Shown: positions 11,943 to 25,059, counted from the stretch's first letter. The stretch: 64,000 nucleotides of DNA from Tubiluchus corallicola (GCA_030141605.1 JAQGDQ010000171.1:124001-188000); one strand, 5' to 3'. Notes: a model not told the origin generated them from the sequence alone. Numbers and translations: made by a program.

Positions 11943-13484
11943 GCGCATTGTAAGGGATATTATACTATAACCACCACTGATATAGCCGCTATGGCACAAA
12001 CGTCTTTTTCAGACGGAGACTGACCCTCGTGCGCTCAGCAGTAAAATGTTCATGAAATTTTCAGATAAATCTCTATAGTTTTCGCCGCCAATTTGCTTAC
12101 ACCGTGTATCTAATGCACTTTAATGCTCCCACTGAAGAGCCCGAGATATAAAACTTGTGGCAATTCAATTTAGTCCTAACTTCGTTCTCGGCTGATGGCT
12201 ATTCAGAGCTCTCAAAGTATTCCAGCGAGATTAGTTGGCACTTAACGGTAATTCCCTGGAAGCATTTCTTGTAATTGTTGGCTATACAATTCCCCCGCTC
12301 TCTCTGTACATTGGTACGTAAACAAAACGGATTCTGTCTGGATTTAATTAGAAACAGTAAGACAGCTAGAAGCGGCAGCATGGGCATTTGAAGCACAGTA
12401 TAATCAAATGATGAATACATCAAAAAATTGCTGTTAGTACTGCTGCACGCAATTGTATCCTGCTGTTCTAAATTCCTACTTGATGGAAAATAATTTTTTA
12501 AAACTTTCAACTGCTCTGAATTATTTTAATAATGACTAGGCCCTATTGATATACCAGAAAAATAAAACTTCTTTAAAACATTTTAATTATAACGTTTGTT
12601 TAATAATAAAACAACAACGAGACGACAACGACAGCGACAGCGACAACGGCAACGGCAACAGCAACAGCAGCGACGACGACAGCTACTAGAACAACACTAG
12701 CAACAAAAACAATATTTAGTTTAGTCTACTTTAGCACATTCCGTTTTTACTTCTTTACTACCTGAACGATTTTCAATAAAATGCTTCTACTAATGGTAAG
12801 CAACGACTGTTTATGTAATATCGAACGACAAAGGCTATTGGGCTCATATTATTGTGACGATGTTGATAGCAAAGCCAAAACAGGTTTTTTTTTCGTCAAA
12901 TTAAAATAGTTAGAAAGTTTGCAGGATGTTCTTTAGTTCGTGAGTCATGGGGGTGTGACTGCAGCCTCCCCCCCCCCCCCCATACACTCTCTACTCTCCG
13001 CCACCAATCTTGTCTAGCACCCTGCATACCAGTGAGCAGAAAGAAACATGTTAATATTGAATCTATTCAATTGCGCGTCATGTAAATGCTTTCCTATGCG
13101 GTAATACATTATTACGATCTGTGAGGCTTCATTTAGGCAAAATAAAATGACGTTTTTAAAAATGTTGACGGCCATCTTGTTTACTGCCATTTGTGAGCAT
13201 GGCAATTGAGTAGATTCAATGTTAACATGTATTTTTTTGTTCAATGGCATCCATGTTATTTGAAAAAAAATGATGGCGGTGAGTAGTGGGAGGCGTGCAA
13301 GTTAGACCCACATAGATCCCGAACTATTTGTTTCACTAACACTGCACTACCTTCAATTGTTTTAGATTGTATAGGCAGGTCAGGCCCATCGGAACAGATC
13401 ATGGGCAACATGAGCACACAATTTCTGACTTAAACTTGCATTTATTTTACATAACTATACCATTATATCACTAAGTTTTTTACA

Positions 13485-13725
13485 ATGTAATGCAATGCAG
13501 TGCAATGCAATGCAATGCAATGTAATGTAATGCAATGCAATGCAATGCACCGCAGTGCTGTGCAGTGCGGTGTGGTGCGGTGCGGTGCGATGCGGTGTGA
13601 TGCGGTGTGATGCGATGCGATACGATACGATACGATACGATACGATACGATACGATACGATACGATACGATACGATACGATACGATACGATACGATACGA
13701 TACGATACAATACAATACAATATAA
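13485..13725. repeat. Compound pentanucleotide microsatellite (AATGC/GTGCG/GATAC/AATAC)
   Basis: Directly visible tandem 5-mers. Confidence 0.95.
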
Positions 13726-13746
13726 TATTGCACAATCAAGTAAGCA

Positions 13747-14326
13747 AGAATTTAAGTAAGCACACAAGCAGACAGGCAGGCAAGCAAGTACAAGTACATA
13801 CCCTTTGCAAGGGGGTACAAAACAACGAGTAAGGCTGTACAGAGTACATTACATCAAACTATTGCTGTAACAATAGAAACTGTATCATGGCTTATTGTTT
13901 AGTGTGGACGCCTCGCACAGCCTGCAATCTTGATGGACATTATCGCAGCAATGACTTAAAAACTCTTTTATTGATGTTTTTCTATTGAATTGAAAGGCCT
14001 GGACATTACCGTACCTCAACCCCAATGAATGCATTGAAGCTATCTTAATGTGTGGAGACTAAGATGGTCCAAGAACACATCCTTGATTGATATTCAAACG
14101 ACAAGCTTGTGGGACATCTGCAAGCCAATCACACCCCTCAAGAATACAGGCTGCTCAAAACGTTAGAACCTTCAACACTAGATACTTAAGAAGTAGGATT
14201 AGATTCTCTATTGTTTCAGTAATAAGTTGTTCTGTACTCCCCCTCCCCTTATACACCCCCCTTGCAAAAGCGTATGTAGCTGCACTTGCTTGTTAGCCTG
14301 CCTGCTTATCTGCCTACTTAAATTCT
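13747..14326. repeat. ~70-bp inverted repeats enclosing ~430 bp (foldback/MITE-like)
   Basis: AGAATTTAAGTAAGCA...TACATACCCTTTGCAAGGGGG versus CCCCCTTGCAAAAGCGTATGTA...TACTTAAATTCT. Confidence 0.65.
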
Positions 14327-14823
14327 AATACCCGCCAGAATGCTTGCTTATTTGCCCCTATGTTTCTGTTTCTCCATGTTTTTAGTAATTAGTTGACATA
14401 TTTATTCGACTGTTTCTTTGTTTAGAAATTTGTTTGTTTGTTCGTTACATAATTGTTCATTCATGTACTTATTTATTACGATTATTGCTTTACCCATTTT
14501 GAACTCACTAGATAATAGTTGTTACTAAACTGAATGGTATTTCCATTTGACACAATCTTTTTAACCTGTAAGTTTAACGCAACATCATACAATTTTCAAC
14601 AGTAAATTTAAATCGCCCAATCATAACGAAAAGCATTTCAAACACACAAATAAAATTACAATAGGCACGGCATTTGCTCTGCTTTAAAAAAAACGAAAAG
14701 ACTACTCGCGAGCCTCAAAAAAATTAATGATAATTTGTGTACCTGTTCCAAGTTGAAACCAGTTCACTCAAGCGCCGGCAGGTGCTGTCCCTGCAGATTA
14801 TTCCAAGCATGAAGGAATCTACG

Positions 14824-14937
14824 TTATAAAATCAAAAGAACTACCAGGAAACTCAGTACCACGGCGTTAAACACAAGAGGCAACCTGGTCAAAATGCGGC
14901 GAATTGTGCGATGGGAAGGCCGTCTACAAATTTTCAT
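14824..14937 (-). CDS. Candidate 37-aa transmembrane micropeptide, phospholamban/sarcolamban (regulin)-like architecture
   Basis: Translates to MKICRRPSHRTIRRILTRLPLVFNAVVLSFLVVLLIL*. Basic N-terminus with RRxS, an L-x-x-N motif and a C-terminal hydrophobic helix. GGGATGA start context with an in-frame upstream stop. Too short for the ORF track. Confidence 0.45.
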   Translation of the reverse strand: MKICRRPSHRTIRRILTRLPLVFNAVVLSFLVVLLIL

Positions 14938-15049
14938 CCCTTTTACTATTGTGCAGCGCGCTAAGGTAACCCTAGCCGACGAATAACCAGCATCACTTAA
15001 AATTTTACAGTGACTCTAAATCAACATACAACGCGCATGTTTTATTAGA

Positions 15050-15260
15050 CGCAGAAACAGGTATGAATCGGCGTACGAAATTCGCGAAACCAATAAATTT
15101 TATGTTGTTAGCGGAGTAGCACGCAAGGTGCTTTCGGCGCAGGAGATTCTCACGCATGCGCAGTGTCGCATTCTGACGGGATTCGTTTTAACAACTTTCG
15201 AACCTACTTGATGTTAACAGCGTGTAGGCATATGTAAATAACGTCACCTGCTCCACACTG
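15050..15260 (-). promoter_or_regulatory. CpG-rich promoter-like region with NRF1/EWG-type site
   Basis: TGCGCATGCG at 15153-15162 and local CpG enrichment directly upstream of the 37-aa ORF. Confidence 0.4.
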
Positions 15261-15832
15261 CCTACTAAAACCGCTAAACAACCACATTAATATTAATAAG
15301 TTAGCACGTCGCTTTATAGCGTGCTGAGGAAAATATGGCCACTGTTTGCTGCATAATCATTTTTGGAAAGAAACCGTTAAATGGATGGGGAATCAGAAGA
15401 CGGGCGGACAGGGGACAGAGGGAAAGATAAATGAATTGATGGACTATGGGTAGACGAATCAGAGGAGAAGACACTTATGAGTGATTGATTAAACGCATGG
15501 ATGGTATTATGCCAACAGATCAGTCTGGAGGTCTCATTTTACCATCAAACACCGTTAAGAAACAGGAAATCAGAGTTATATTGATACTCTCGCTTGTCTA
15601 GTAAAACCCGTGACGATAGAAAATGTCAATAGATGAATCGTTACTTGATCCAAATTTAATAAGCTAAGTGGCTTCTTTGTAACAACTTGATCCCATAATG
15701 AAAATTGAAAGGGTATAAAGTAACGAAGCGTGCAAATAAAACATCGCCTTTCACATTGATAAAAGTTGATTATGGTCCCCAGGTTTTGTTAAACAAAATG
15801 ATATATTTCATAAAATCCAGGTTGCTGGGACA

Positions 15833-16111
15833 ACTATGTAACTTGAAATTTCATTTAGTTAGTGACATGTGCGCTACAAATACCCTGATTATGTTTTCAA
15901 ACTTTACTCAGTGTTATCTAAACTTCTTTCAAATGACTTAGCGTCAAAATGGCTGAGTCCAACAGTCATCGCGGGAGTTTAAATTTACATGTTTTATAAA
16001 GCCTTACTGCCAACCAAAGTCTATTATGCAAAACGGCAGTAAGTAAGTTTCATAAGATTTCAAGACGAATTTTTAAGCTTTATGTAAGTAGAGGGTTTTC
16101 TTGTGCGTTAA
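15833..16111 (+). mobile_element. Family B TTAA transposon, right-end fragment
   Basis: Reverse complement of 8720-8980. Ends GAGGGTTTTCTTGTGCGTTAA. Confidence 0.75.
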
Positions 16112-17606
16112 CTCAGTTGTTTTCGTCCACTATTCAAATTGTGGATGTGCGCAAACCAATATTAACAAAAACGGCAGAACGGTTTGATTCGGTGGGATAA
16201 ACCTGAAATAAATTTATTTTATAAAGTACAAAAATCAAAAAACTGGAAGAAAATGGTAGCAGCAGAAATTTAGCGCAGAAATAATAATTAACAGACAGTA
16301 GTGATTAACAAGTAAGCAAGTGAGTTGACTGTAAGTAGATTTAGTATTACGCATTTAAATCCAAATTAAAGGGACTAATTTCATTTTTTAATAATTACTT
16401 AAGTAATTTTAATAAAAACTAATTAACATATACTATTGTTGCTTTACAAAATATTGGCAATAGATCGCATATGAAGTTAATATGGTCACTACATGATAAT
16501 TGGTACTAAAAGTCGAATCATTTATGGCTATTTATGATTTTAGTGGCCTTATTTAAACATCACATTTGTCAGTAAACGAAAATGCAAGTTGAAAACCAAA
16601 ACTACATGTACACTATGACAGAATATGTACGAAAATGAGAACGACAACACTACAGAGTATAGAAAATAGAGTATACAGGCGTGTGGTGATTCATTTCAAG
16701 TGGTAATGTGTAGTTGGGATATACTGTCGCATTCACACAAATGCTGATAGTGCCCCCTACAATCGAAGTTTCGTGCTGAGATTTAAGAACAGATTTATTC
16801 GTGATTAGTAATCTGTTATTGATTGTAGGCCCCAGCCGCTAAACATTAAAATTTAAAAGCTATGTGTCAAACTAACCCCGCCAGCATGTGCACGATTTTC
16901 TACTCGTATCATTTAACAAACACGTCTATCTCTCAGGTACTAAGTTTTGTCCTTTTCAAAAACGTAATCAGTTGGGTATGTATCTCATCATGCCCTCATC
17001 GCTGAACAAAAACAAATAAAATTTGGCCAGTTTTTCACTTTTGTATAACGGAAATACATTCCTTTTTTTAGTTATAAAATTTGTACATTTGTTAGAGTAT
17101 TTCTTGCACTACTTCTTAATTCACTTCACGTTATACATCTTTCTTTCTTCTTGGCACCTAATTGTACTTGTACTTTAACGAGCTTCACATATCGCTGCGT
17201 CTCCATTCTGTCATCTCTCTGATGAGCTGGCGAGGGGAAACGTGTTTTGAAAATTCTTAATGTAATCTATCGTGATAGCTTCTTACTCTCTAGTTGCAAG
17301 TCGATTTTTCTACACTGCATTAGCTGAACGAGTTGAACGTCAAAAGAATGAAATCACATCATCGCTCTTCACCGCTCCAATAAGCGCAGAACTAATGCTT
17401 TCACAAATTGGAAATGAATTTTTCAAAAGATCTCCAAGTTCGTGATTACAATGAGAAATTAAAGCAACGTTGAGTCCGATAAAATTACGTAAAATTACTC
17501 ATTAGCTGGTGCAAAAATTTGAATCTTGATCGCTTCGGCAATTTAAGCCAATTTTAGTTGACATGTGAGCCGTGTCCTTGTGCTAAAGGAAGTTGCAGTG
17601 TACAAT

Positions 17607-17797
17607 TAAGCCTATATACGCTGCATGTAACTGTCATAATAGTGCAGCATTTGACAAGTAAATCGCGTTATTCCAAAATTTGGACCCAGTTGCGCAATAA
17701 AGACGCCAATATCAAGCGGAAATATACATGAGGGAAAGCTATATAGCCTATATTAAATCTGAAGTAATTATAGGGCAAATTAATCAACTGATGTTTA
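17607..17797 (+). repeat. ~190-bp direct repeat, copy 1 (contains small TTAAGCCTAT..ATAGGCTTAA-type MITE)
   Basis: Colinear with 18372-18565. Confidence 0.8.
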
Positions 17798-18375
17798 TAG
17801 CAAAACCGGATCCAATCTTAAACTGTAGGTCAAAACAATCTACTCTTTAAAATATTGACAGGAAACGTTTTTTTTTCAAAAATGACTTATGTGAAAGAAT
17901 TATTACCACACAAACAGAGTTTCACGTTCGCGCCACTAGTTCATGCATTTCGCCATTCGCTAGTTAGACAGGCACTAGCGCCTGCATTTCGGAAACGCAA
18001 TGTACAAAAAACATGTGCTGTACCTCACAGTTCAGATGTGTTTGTTTTGACGAACTGGACACGTTCGACAGCTCATGTCTGAGCACAGCGGTAAATTTGA
18101 AATTTGAATTCTTAACTTAAAATTAAAAGTTTTAATACGACACACTGAATCTCTTATAGTAGCACTGTGTTTTAATTTTCGCTTTCGGAAACACGTGCAT
18201 GCAGTTCCTGCATTTGCTTGTGATGTCATCAATAGTTGGGACCGCCTGTTTTAATTAAGTATTTAATCTATTATGTAATTACCAGAAACGTCTTTCTAGT
18301 ATTAATTGTATTAAAATGTATATTTTTATCGGATTTGAAAATTGGGTAGTATATGAAAAATCATCCTGGCTTTAA
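17795..18375 (+). mobile_element. TTAA-type element, family C
   Basis: Left part matches 52671-52830 (AATCTTAAACTGTAG...GTGAAAGAATTATTACCACACAA). Ends CCTGGCTTTAA. Confidence 0.6.
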
Positions 18376-18565
18376 GCCTATGTACACAGCATGTAAGTGT
18401 CATAATACTGCTGCATTTGAAGAGTTTATCACGTTATTCCAAAATGTGGGTCCAGTTGCGCAATAATGACCAACATCTAAGTGAGTTGTACATGAGCTAA
18501 AGCCATATAGGCTTAATTATTAAATCTAAAGTAAATATACAGCAAATTAATCAACTGGTGTTTAA
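18372..18565 (+). repeat. ~190-bp direct repeat, copy 2
   Basis: Colinear with 17607-17797. Starts TTAAGCCTAT, contains ATAGGCTTAA and ends GTTTAA. Confidence 0.8.
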
Positions 18566-19909
18566 CGAATGTGTGTTACGATAAAAATAAATAAATAAAC
18601 TCGATAAGGGTCATACTTCATATGCATGTTTAAAATATTTTAACGTTATATCTTCATAGTCATTTGATTTCGCCAGTACGAACAATCAATGGACATAATA
18701 TAATCAAAGGTCTTATAAATTCTACACAGCAGCAAGCGTATTCCTCGCTTCTATGCGCCTGCTTATTTTCCAACAATGCTCCGCTTGACATCTCAAGCGT
18801 TTACGAAGCCAACGCGACAACTCAAGTCAAGCATGTCGAATAATACCGGATAGGAACGAGGCGCTAGTGCTGTAATATTCCAGTTACCGATGACCTTCTT
18901 GAACGAAGAAATTGCTCTTCCGGGCAGTAAAAAAGATGTTGGAATTTTGCAGTCTGTAATTATTATGTAATTACTAGTTCTGGCTGGATACTGAGATCTC
19001 TTAATTGAACCGGCATTTTAGTCTAACGATGTGTGGCGACGATTAGGACAATTGGGATTAATGTGTTAGAAATTGTGTAAAAATGTCGCGGAAAAGGTCC
19101 TGGGAAGCGGTGAAAACAATGTTCTCTTCTCTCTTGTTTTATCGCTACAGTCGATCTCGATTATTACAGCTACACTGTTAAAAATAAAGAGTTTTTAAAT
19201 GGTTTGAAAAGGGTTTTTCTAGTGCCCCAATGAGAAACTTAAGGATTTTTAAGAAAAACGCCAAATTTAAAAACTCTTGCTAAGGCTTTTCTTCGAGAAA
19301 ATACTCTACGGAAAATCCCAAATGAAAGTTTTTTTGAAAATCCTCTTGTAAGGGTTTTATTTAGGGTACTGAGAACTGCACTGATCTGATTGGTAAACAG
19401 TCATGTTTTTCACTATCATATTTAACATGGACCTATGTATAGTGACCCTGACAAACTCTTAGGTTGGTCCTCGATTATCAGTAATTGTATTGACATCCAA
19501 TAGTCTATTGCCCAATGGTTACGGATTACTCTACGGATGGTTTTTCGCATTACTATAATTTTTGGTGATGCAAATACGTAAAACGAAAAAAAGTTCTTGT
19601 ATAATGTATATGTAATACGCACACACATACGCACGCAAACACACACCCATCTCACAGTGCTCTCAGATCCTGCCGCTGCCGTCACTGACCGTTGTTTCAA
19701 CCATTGTTGTCACCTCAGAAATTACCATCATCATTCCGACCTTTATCAAAAAGAAGAAGGCAACGCAGAAGAAGAAGAAAAAGAAGAAGACATCGCACTC
19801 GTCTGATAAAACATGACTTGCTCTAGAACAAAATTTGTATTAAATAAAATGCCAAAGAAACCTTCATCAGAGCAATAGACTATTTGTTTTACCTTCACGT
19901 TACCTAAAA

Positions 19910-20045
19910 TCCTCATCACCATCACCGTCACAATCATCATCATCATCATCATCATTGTCGTCGTCGTCATCATCATCATCAGCAGCAGCAACAACATCAT
20001 CATCATCATTATCATCATCATCACCATCATCACCATTGTCGATGA
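19910..20045. repeat. (CAT)n-rich trinucleotide microsatellite
   Basis: Visible tandem CAT/CGT/CAG. Confidence 0.9.
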
Positions 20046-20640
20046 CAATCATACAAGCATCAGCATTTGCAGTGACAAGGACATGGCAAGGACACGGCAT
20101 AAAAATATTACATTGAACTACATAAGTTGAGAAGCTAATCAAAGGCAGACGATTAGACTGGACTGGACTGGACTTACGCAGGACTGGACAGGTCCATCTA
20201 AACAGAAAATTATCGCTTATACCTTAAAAGAGATTTTTTTCACTACGAGTGCTATGACTTACTTCATAATTGCTTTAATCGAGAAAAATAGGTTGGCCAT
20301 TACACCTGTAATAAATCTAATCAAAAATTCTTTCGGCGTACAGCCTATTAATAACGTGCGCAAAAAGACATCGACAAATTTTTAATGAAACTCTACAGTC
20401 TCAAATTTTCCCTGAAATCCTGTTAAGGTTTCCAATTCCTCGGTTCGTTGAGTATTTGCACAGCGCTTCTAAGTCTGTATTATATTTCAAATGTTTCACA
20501 GATCAGCGTTATCTTGAGTTAACACGACAGCGAAGTAACAGAAAAATGGAAGCGTAATTGCAGCCGAACAACCCAGACATTCTCCAATACTGAAATATGG
20601 AAAAATGACGAAATGAAATTTTAGGCCTAAATCTCTCCAG

Positions 20641-20840
20641 ATTTATTGCCCCATAAAGTTATTCCCAAGTAGATGAAACACTCGCGTGTGGTCAGAAGAG
20701 TTGTGCGTTTGCTAGACAGAAACCTGGCAAGATATTGGAAAGATTTAGGGTAGGCTTGGCTTGAGTTCAATTTGTGAAAATATTGTCAGTGACACAGTCT
20801 TTAATTCACATATTGGATTCATGTTGCTCTTTGATGTAGT
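20641..20840 (+). pseudogene. Possible decayed death-domain exon
   Basis: Follows acceptor ctctccag. Reads ...VVRLLDRNLARYWKDLG / (frameshift) RLGLSSICENIVSD...GFMLL, resembling death-domain W-x-x-L-G-R-x-L-G-L-S. Contains a stop and a frameshift. Confidence 0.3.
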
Positions 20841-21490
20841 AATAATAGCAAATATTTGTGACTCCCAGGAAATGCCAGCCTGCCATCCTGCGGGTAACTT
20901 CCCTTCTTTTCACTTATGAAGTCTTCTCCCATTCCCGATAACGTTATCCCGGTGACGCATTACATGTTTCTCCGTTTACTTTTTCTCGTTCAAATTAACA
21001 GACATCCACAGCCTCACGAGATTTTATAGATGAATTTAATGTACAATTTTTAATGTGTTTTAGTTATTGATGTTTTATAAATGTCAAAACCTGCAAAAAG
21101 TAACAACTTCTGCCACGTTGCTTCCGATTGCTGTTTATTTGAACCTCGTTATCCTTAAGATCTGGCAAATATCCAGGTAACAAAGACGTAATTAAATCAT
21201 TTACAGTGGCTCAGCATGTAGTCTCGTTACATTTTGAATGATGTACTTCCAGCAACATTTTATGACATTTTATGATTACAAAATGTCCACTTGCAAAATG
21301 TCTTAGGTACAGCATCTAGGTTATCAAGTATTCAAATTTACAACTATATGGGTTAAATGGGTTCGGTTTTCTGATGTCCAGTCTGATACACCAGTGGCCA
21401 GGTGACTAAGTATCCAGCTTCCAAGGATCGCTGTTTGTCAAGTCTCTGGTTAACTGTATGACTATGTTACTACGCGTTAGTCACAAAATG

Positions 21491-22012
21491 TTAAAGGAAA
21501 GGCCAAACCTTCTAGGCGGTTAGGCTTATTTTAATGTTTGTGAAAAATGTTAGACGGATTTAGTAATAAAACTCCAATAAGCGCCTCTTGTAACTAGTAA
21601 AATCACTTTAAAGTCGCGATCACTTCATGGTTGGACGCTCCCATTTGCAGTGCCCATTCTTCTTTCTATGACGTCATTCGTTTTGAAGAAAAGTAGTGCA
21701 GTGTCAATCTTCACCAAATGTATAATAAGCTTCTACAAAAAGTTAGATAGCTAATTCTGTTAACTTGAGCAGTGTGCGCTTACAGAAAGCCACGACGTGT
21801 TTACGAAACGTCACGAAGTCTTCCAGTTACGTCATGATCTTCAAGTGGATGGCGGCAACCACCACGCCTGAAAATTTCTATTCAGAGGTAGTATATCTTA
21901 AATTTATGTTTTATAGGCAGTTCTTTGCAAATTTCTTTGTTATATTTTTTCTAAGTTTAAGTGATAACAGTAAAATAAACCCAGCATACTGAGTGACTTG
22001 TCTTTCCTTTAA
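21491..22012 (+). mobile_element. Family A TTAA transposon (Kolobok-like), complete
   Basis: Terminal inverted repeats (TIRs) TTAAAGGAAAGGCCAA ... TTGTCTTTCCTTTAA, with TTAA TSD and 5'-AG terminus. Confidence 0.85.
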
Positions 22013-23200
22013 TGCAATGCCCCCAAGTTTCCAATTGTTCTGTTAACAAGAGTCCACATTAGCAAACGTTCACTGTTTGCCAACTGTTCAGTTGACAAAT
22101 ATATGTATGTATGTAGTTTGTTGACTAAATCAAATTACATGTTTACATGAACAATCAGGTGAATGCCACAATCGATACATTAGTGATTTTAGTCCAATGT
22201 CACTTTACGCACATTTTCTACTCAAGGTTACAGCAATAAAAACAGTGTTGTGCCTACAAAGTAATACTTATTTTTTTAAAAAACACAACGGTAAAGCTAT
22301 AAGCACAATGCCAATATGCAGAACTGATGTCACACTATTTATACACTTTACTGCACGTGATTCACTTCATACTAATTAGTAAATCAGCATAAAAGATGCA
22401 AAATTTTATGACATCTTTTATGTCAATTATTAGGGTGCTAATTACATCATCATCAGTGTCCATAACGAGAAGGTTATGCTACTAGCTGTCCACTCCATTT
22501 GCAGAGCTTAACAGCTTAAGTTTTTCAATGTGCCAATTTTTAGAAAACTGTATGGGTTTTTTGCAGCACTTTGATAATGGCTTCCAACAATCGTGAAAAA
22601 ATTCAAGAAATTACGGTAAAATTTAAAGATATGGGACCACGGATGAACATTTGGAGAAGCTATAATGAGAAGTTTCGACGGATCAAACATAAGGCAACAA
22701 AAATCACAACCTATTTTCCAACTTGTTCAGCTCAGATACATGTAGCTGGCGTCATCTTTAGTCAGCGTCGCCGAATAAAACTCGGCTCGGCATAGTTTCA
22801 CGAAAATTCGTTATACTTTTTTGCGTTAAATTTTAACATTAAACTGAGGCAAGAATGTGAAATTGTGGGTAGTCATGCATAACAAACTTGTGCAAAGAAG
22901 AAAGAACATTGATTACAATTTACAATTATAATCAATGTTCACGATTAGACAGTGCCTCCCTCTTGCGATAGTTTTCTCATATAGATCGCTAATAGGAATT
23001 GCTGGCCATTTTCCAGAATATGAAATGTACATAGGATTAAAAATTTTATTTTTTGCGCACCCCACAATCAACGCTGTTATTTTAAAATCTGTTCGTCGCT
23101 GAAAATTGCGCATATTACATACACATGCATGTACATTCTTTCATGTATTTATATGCGAACATATGGTAAAATAGTCCGATTCAATACATGTAGACAAATG

Positions 23201-23233
<33 letters not shown>

Positions 23234-24129
23234 TTGTAAACTAGACTAAAAACGTGATGCAGGGTGGATTATAATCTAATTACTTTGGATTACAATAATA
23301 CATACATAGATAAAAATATATTATTAAACTTATATGTAAGTATTATAAAATAGTTACTGAACATACATGCATAACGTTATGAACTTTAGATGAGTGGGTA
23401 GAATTGTAAATTGTCTTGGTTCGATAGAATCGATAAAAGTTTATTTGAGAAGTACGAACCACACAAACTAGCATGTAGCTTTAAACAATTGGAATCATTT
23501 ACTACAAGGTAAGACAACAGATGTGTCATACAAAACTGGGCATAAAAACGCCCAGGCACTACACTGTTATGCTGAATAATAAAGTTTTCACACAGTTAAA
23601 TGAAGAATATGTTTATGTTTGAATGTTTAAAATATAGCTTCTGTCATGCAAGCTGTCTATTTCGTAAAATATTACTTTACTTTTATCACTTTAAATTTGT
23701 GCATTTTCTAAAAGCCTGTTTCATCTTGACTAATAAAATGCAGTCGCGTCAAACATAACACTGTCTTCATCCGTCTGTTTTGCACAGTCAAAACTGATCA
23801 AACGAATCGTGGAATATTGAGGCGTGATAATGAAATTTGCATAAAGCGAGCAGGAAAATTTACGAAACATGAAGACGACTTAATTAACAAACGTCACCAA
23901 ATCCATGGTACATTCAAAAATAATCCTGAAACATTCTTATAGATTTGTTTTTCAAAATTTGTTACAGGAAATACACATAACATAAACTAAAGTAACTAAA
24001 GATAGGGATCATTTTAGCAGCGTCTTATACACCTCGCACACACACACTTTTTATCCACACAACCCTCAATTACCCGTTTTATACATCTTTTTATTCTTTC
24101 ACTTTATTGACCCATCCTGTCCTGTAATC

Positions 24130-24520
24130 TTCATGCGTTCGTTCATTTATCCGTTTGTTTGTTCGTTCGTTTATCCGTCCATTCACTCATTCATTCATTC
24201 GTTCGTTCGTTCGTTCGTTCTTTCGTTCGTTCATTCGTTCGTTCATTCATTCATTCATTCATTCATTCATTCATTCATTCATTCATTCATTCATTCATTC
24301 ATTCATTCATTCATTCATTCATTCATTCATTCTATCATTCTATCATTCGTTCATTCGTTCATTCGTTCATTCGTTCATTCGTTCATTCATTCATTCATTC
24401 ATTCATTCATTCATTCATTCATTCATTCATTCATTCATTCATTCATTCATTCATTCATTCATTCATTCATTCATTCATTCATTCGTCCATTCGTTCATTC
24501 TTTCATTCATTTATTCATTT
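24130..24520. repeat. (ATTC/GTTC)n microsatellite
   Basis: Visible tandem 4-mers. Confidence 0.95.
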
Positions 24521-25059
24521 AATTAGTTATTTGTTCACTGGTTTACAATGCAACGAGTTAGTCACTTGGTCATTTGATCATTCGTTGTTCACCCCCTCAC
24601 TCACTTTCTCACTCACTAACTTTTTTATTCACTCCCAAAAAATCGTATACTCATTCATTCACTCTTAGCACAAGTCTTGTGTTACAAGAAAGTAATCTGA
24701 TTAAATCCTAACTAAAGTGGCATTTTGTGTCAGCATTATTACATGCAACAATAACAGTAAAGCAAGTTCTATCTAAGAAAAATTAAGACCGGTCAACGTT
24801 CATACGATTCCTCATTTCATGGTTGTAACCGCTTCACGCGTCAACAGTCTATTAGTAATTACAGACAAACCCATGGACTCATAGTTCAGCAGTTAGGGTT
24901 CAATTGCGGCGCAAACTGCACGCGTGATTACAAATTAGCTTATCTAACTTGGCGATTGGAAGCAGCGGCCTAATAAGACACAAGGTTGATGTGGTGTCAT
25001 TGAAGCCAGTGACGTATTGTCTGTTGAGCATATAGAAAAGAGATAACATTAAGAAGTTC

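Noticed and set aside
12125-12162. Hammerhead-like CTGAAGA motif
   Set aside because: No GAAA box and no stem II.
24133-24668. HSFI-repeat ORFs (also at 32388-32731)
   Set aside because: Translation of (ATTC)n.
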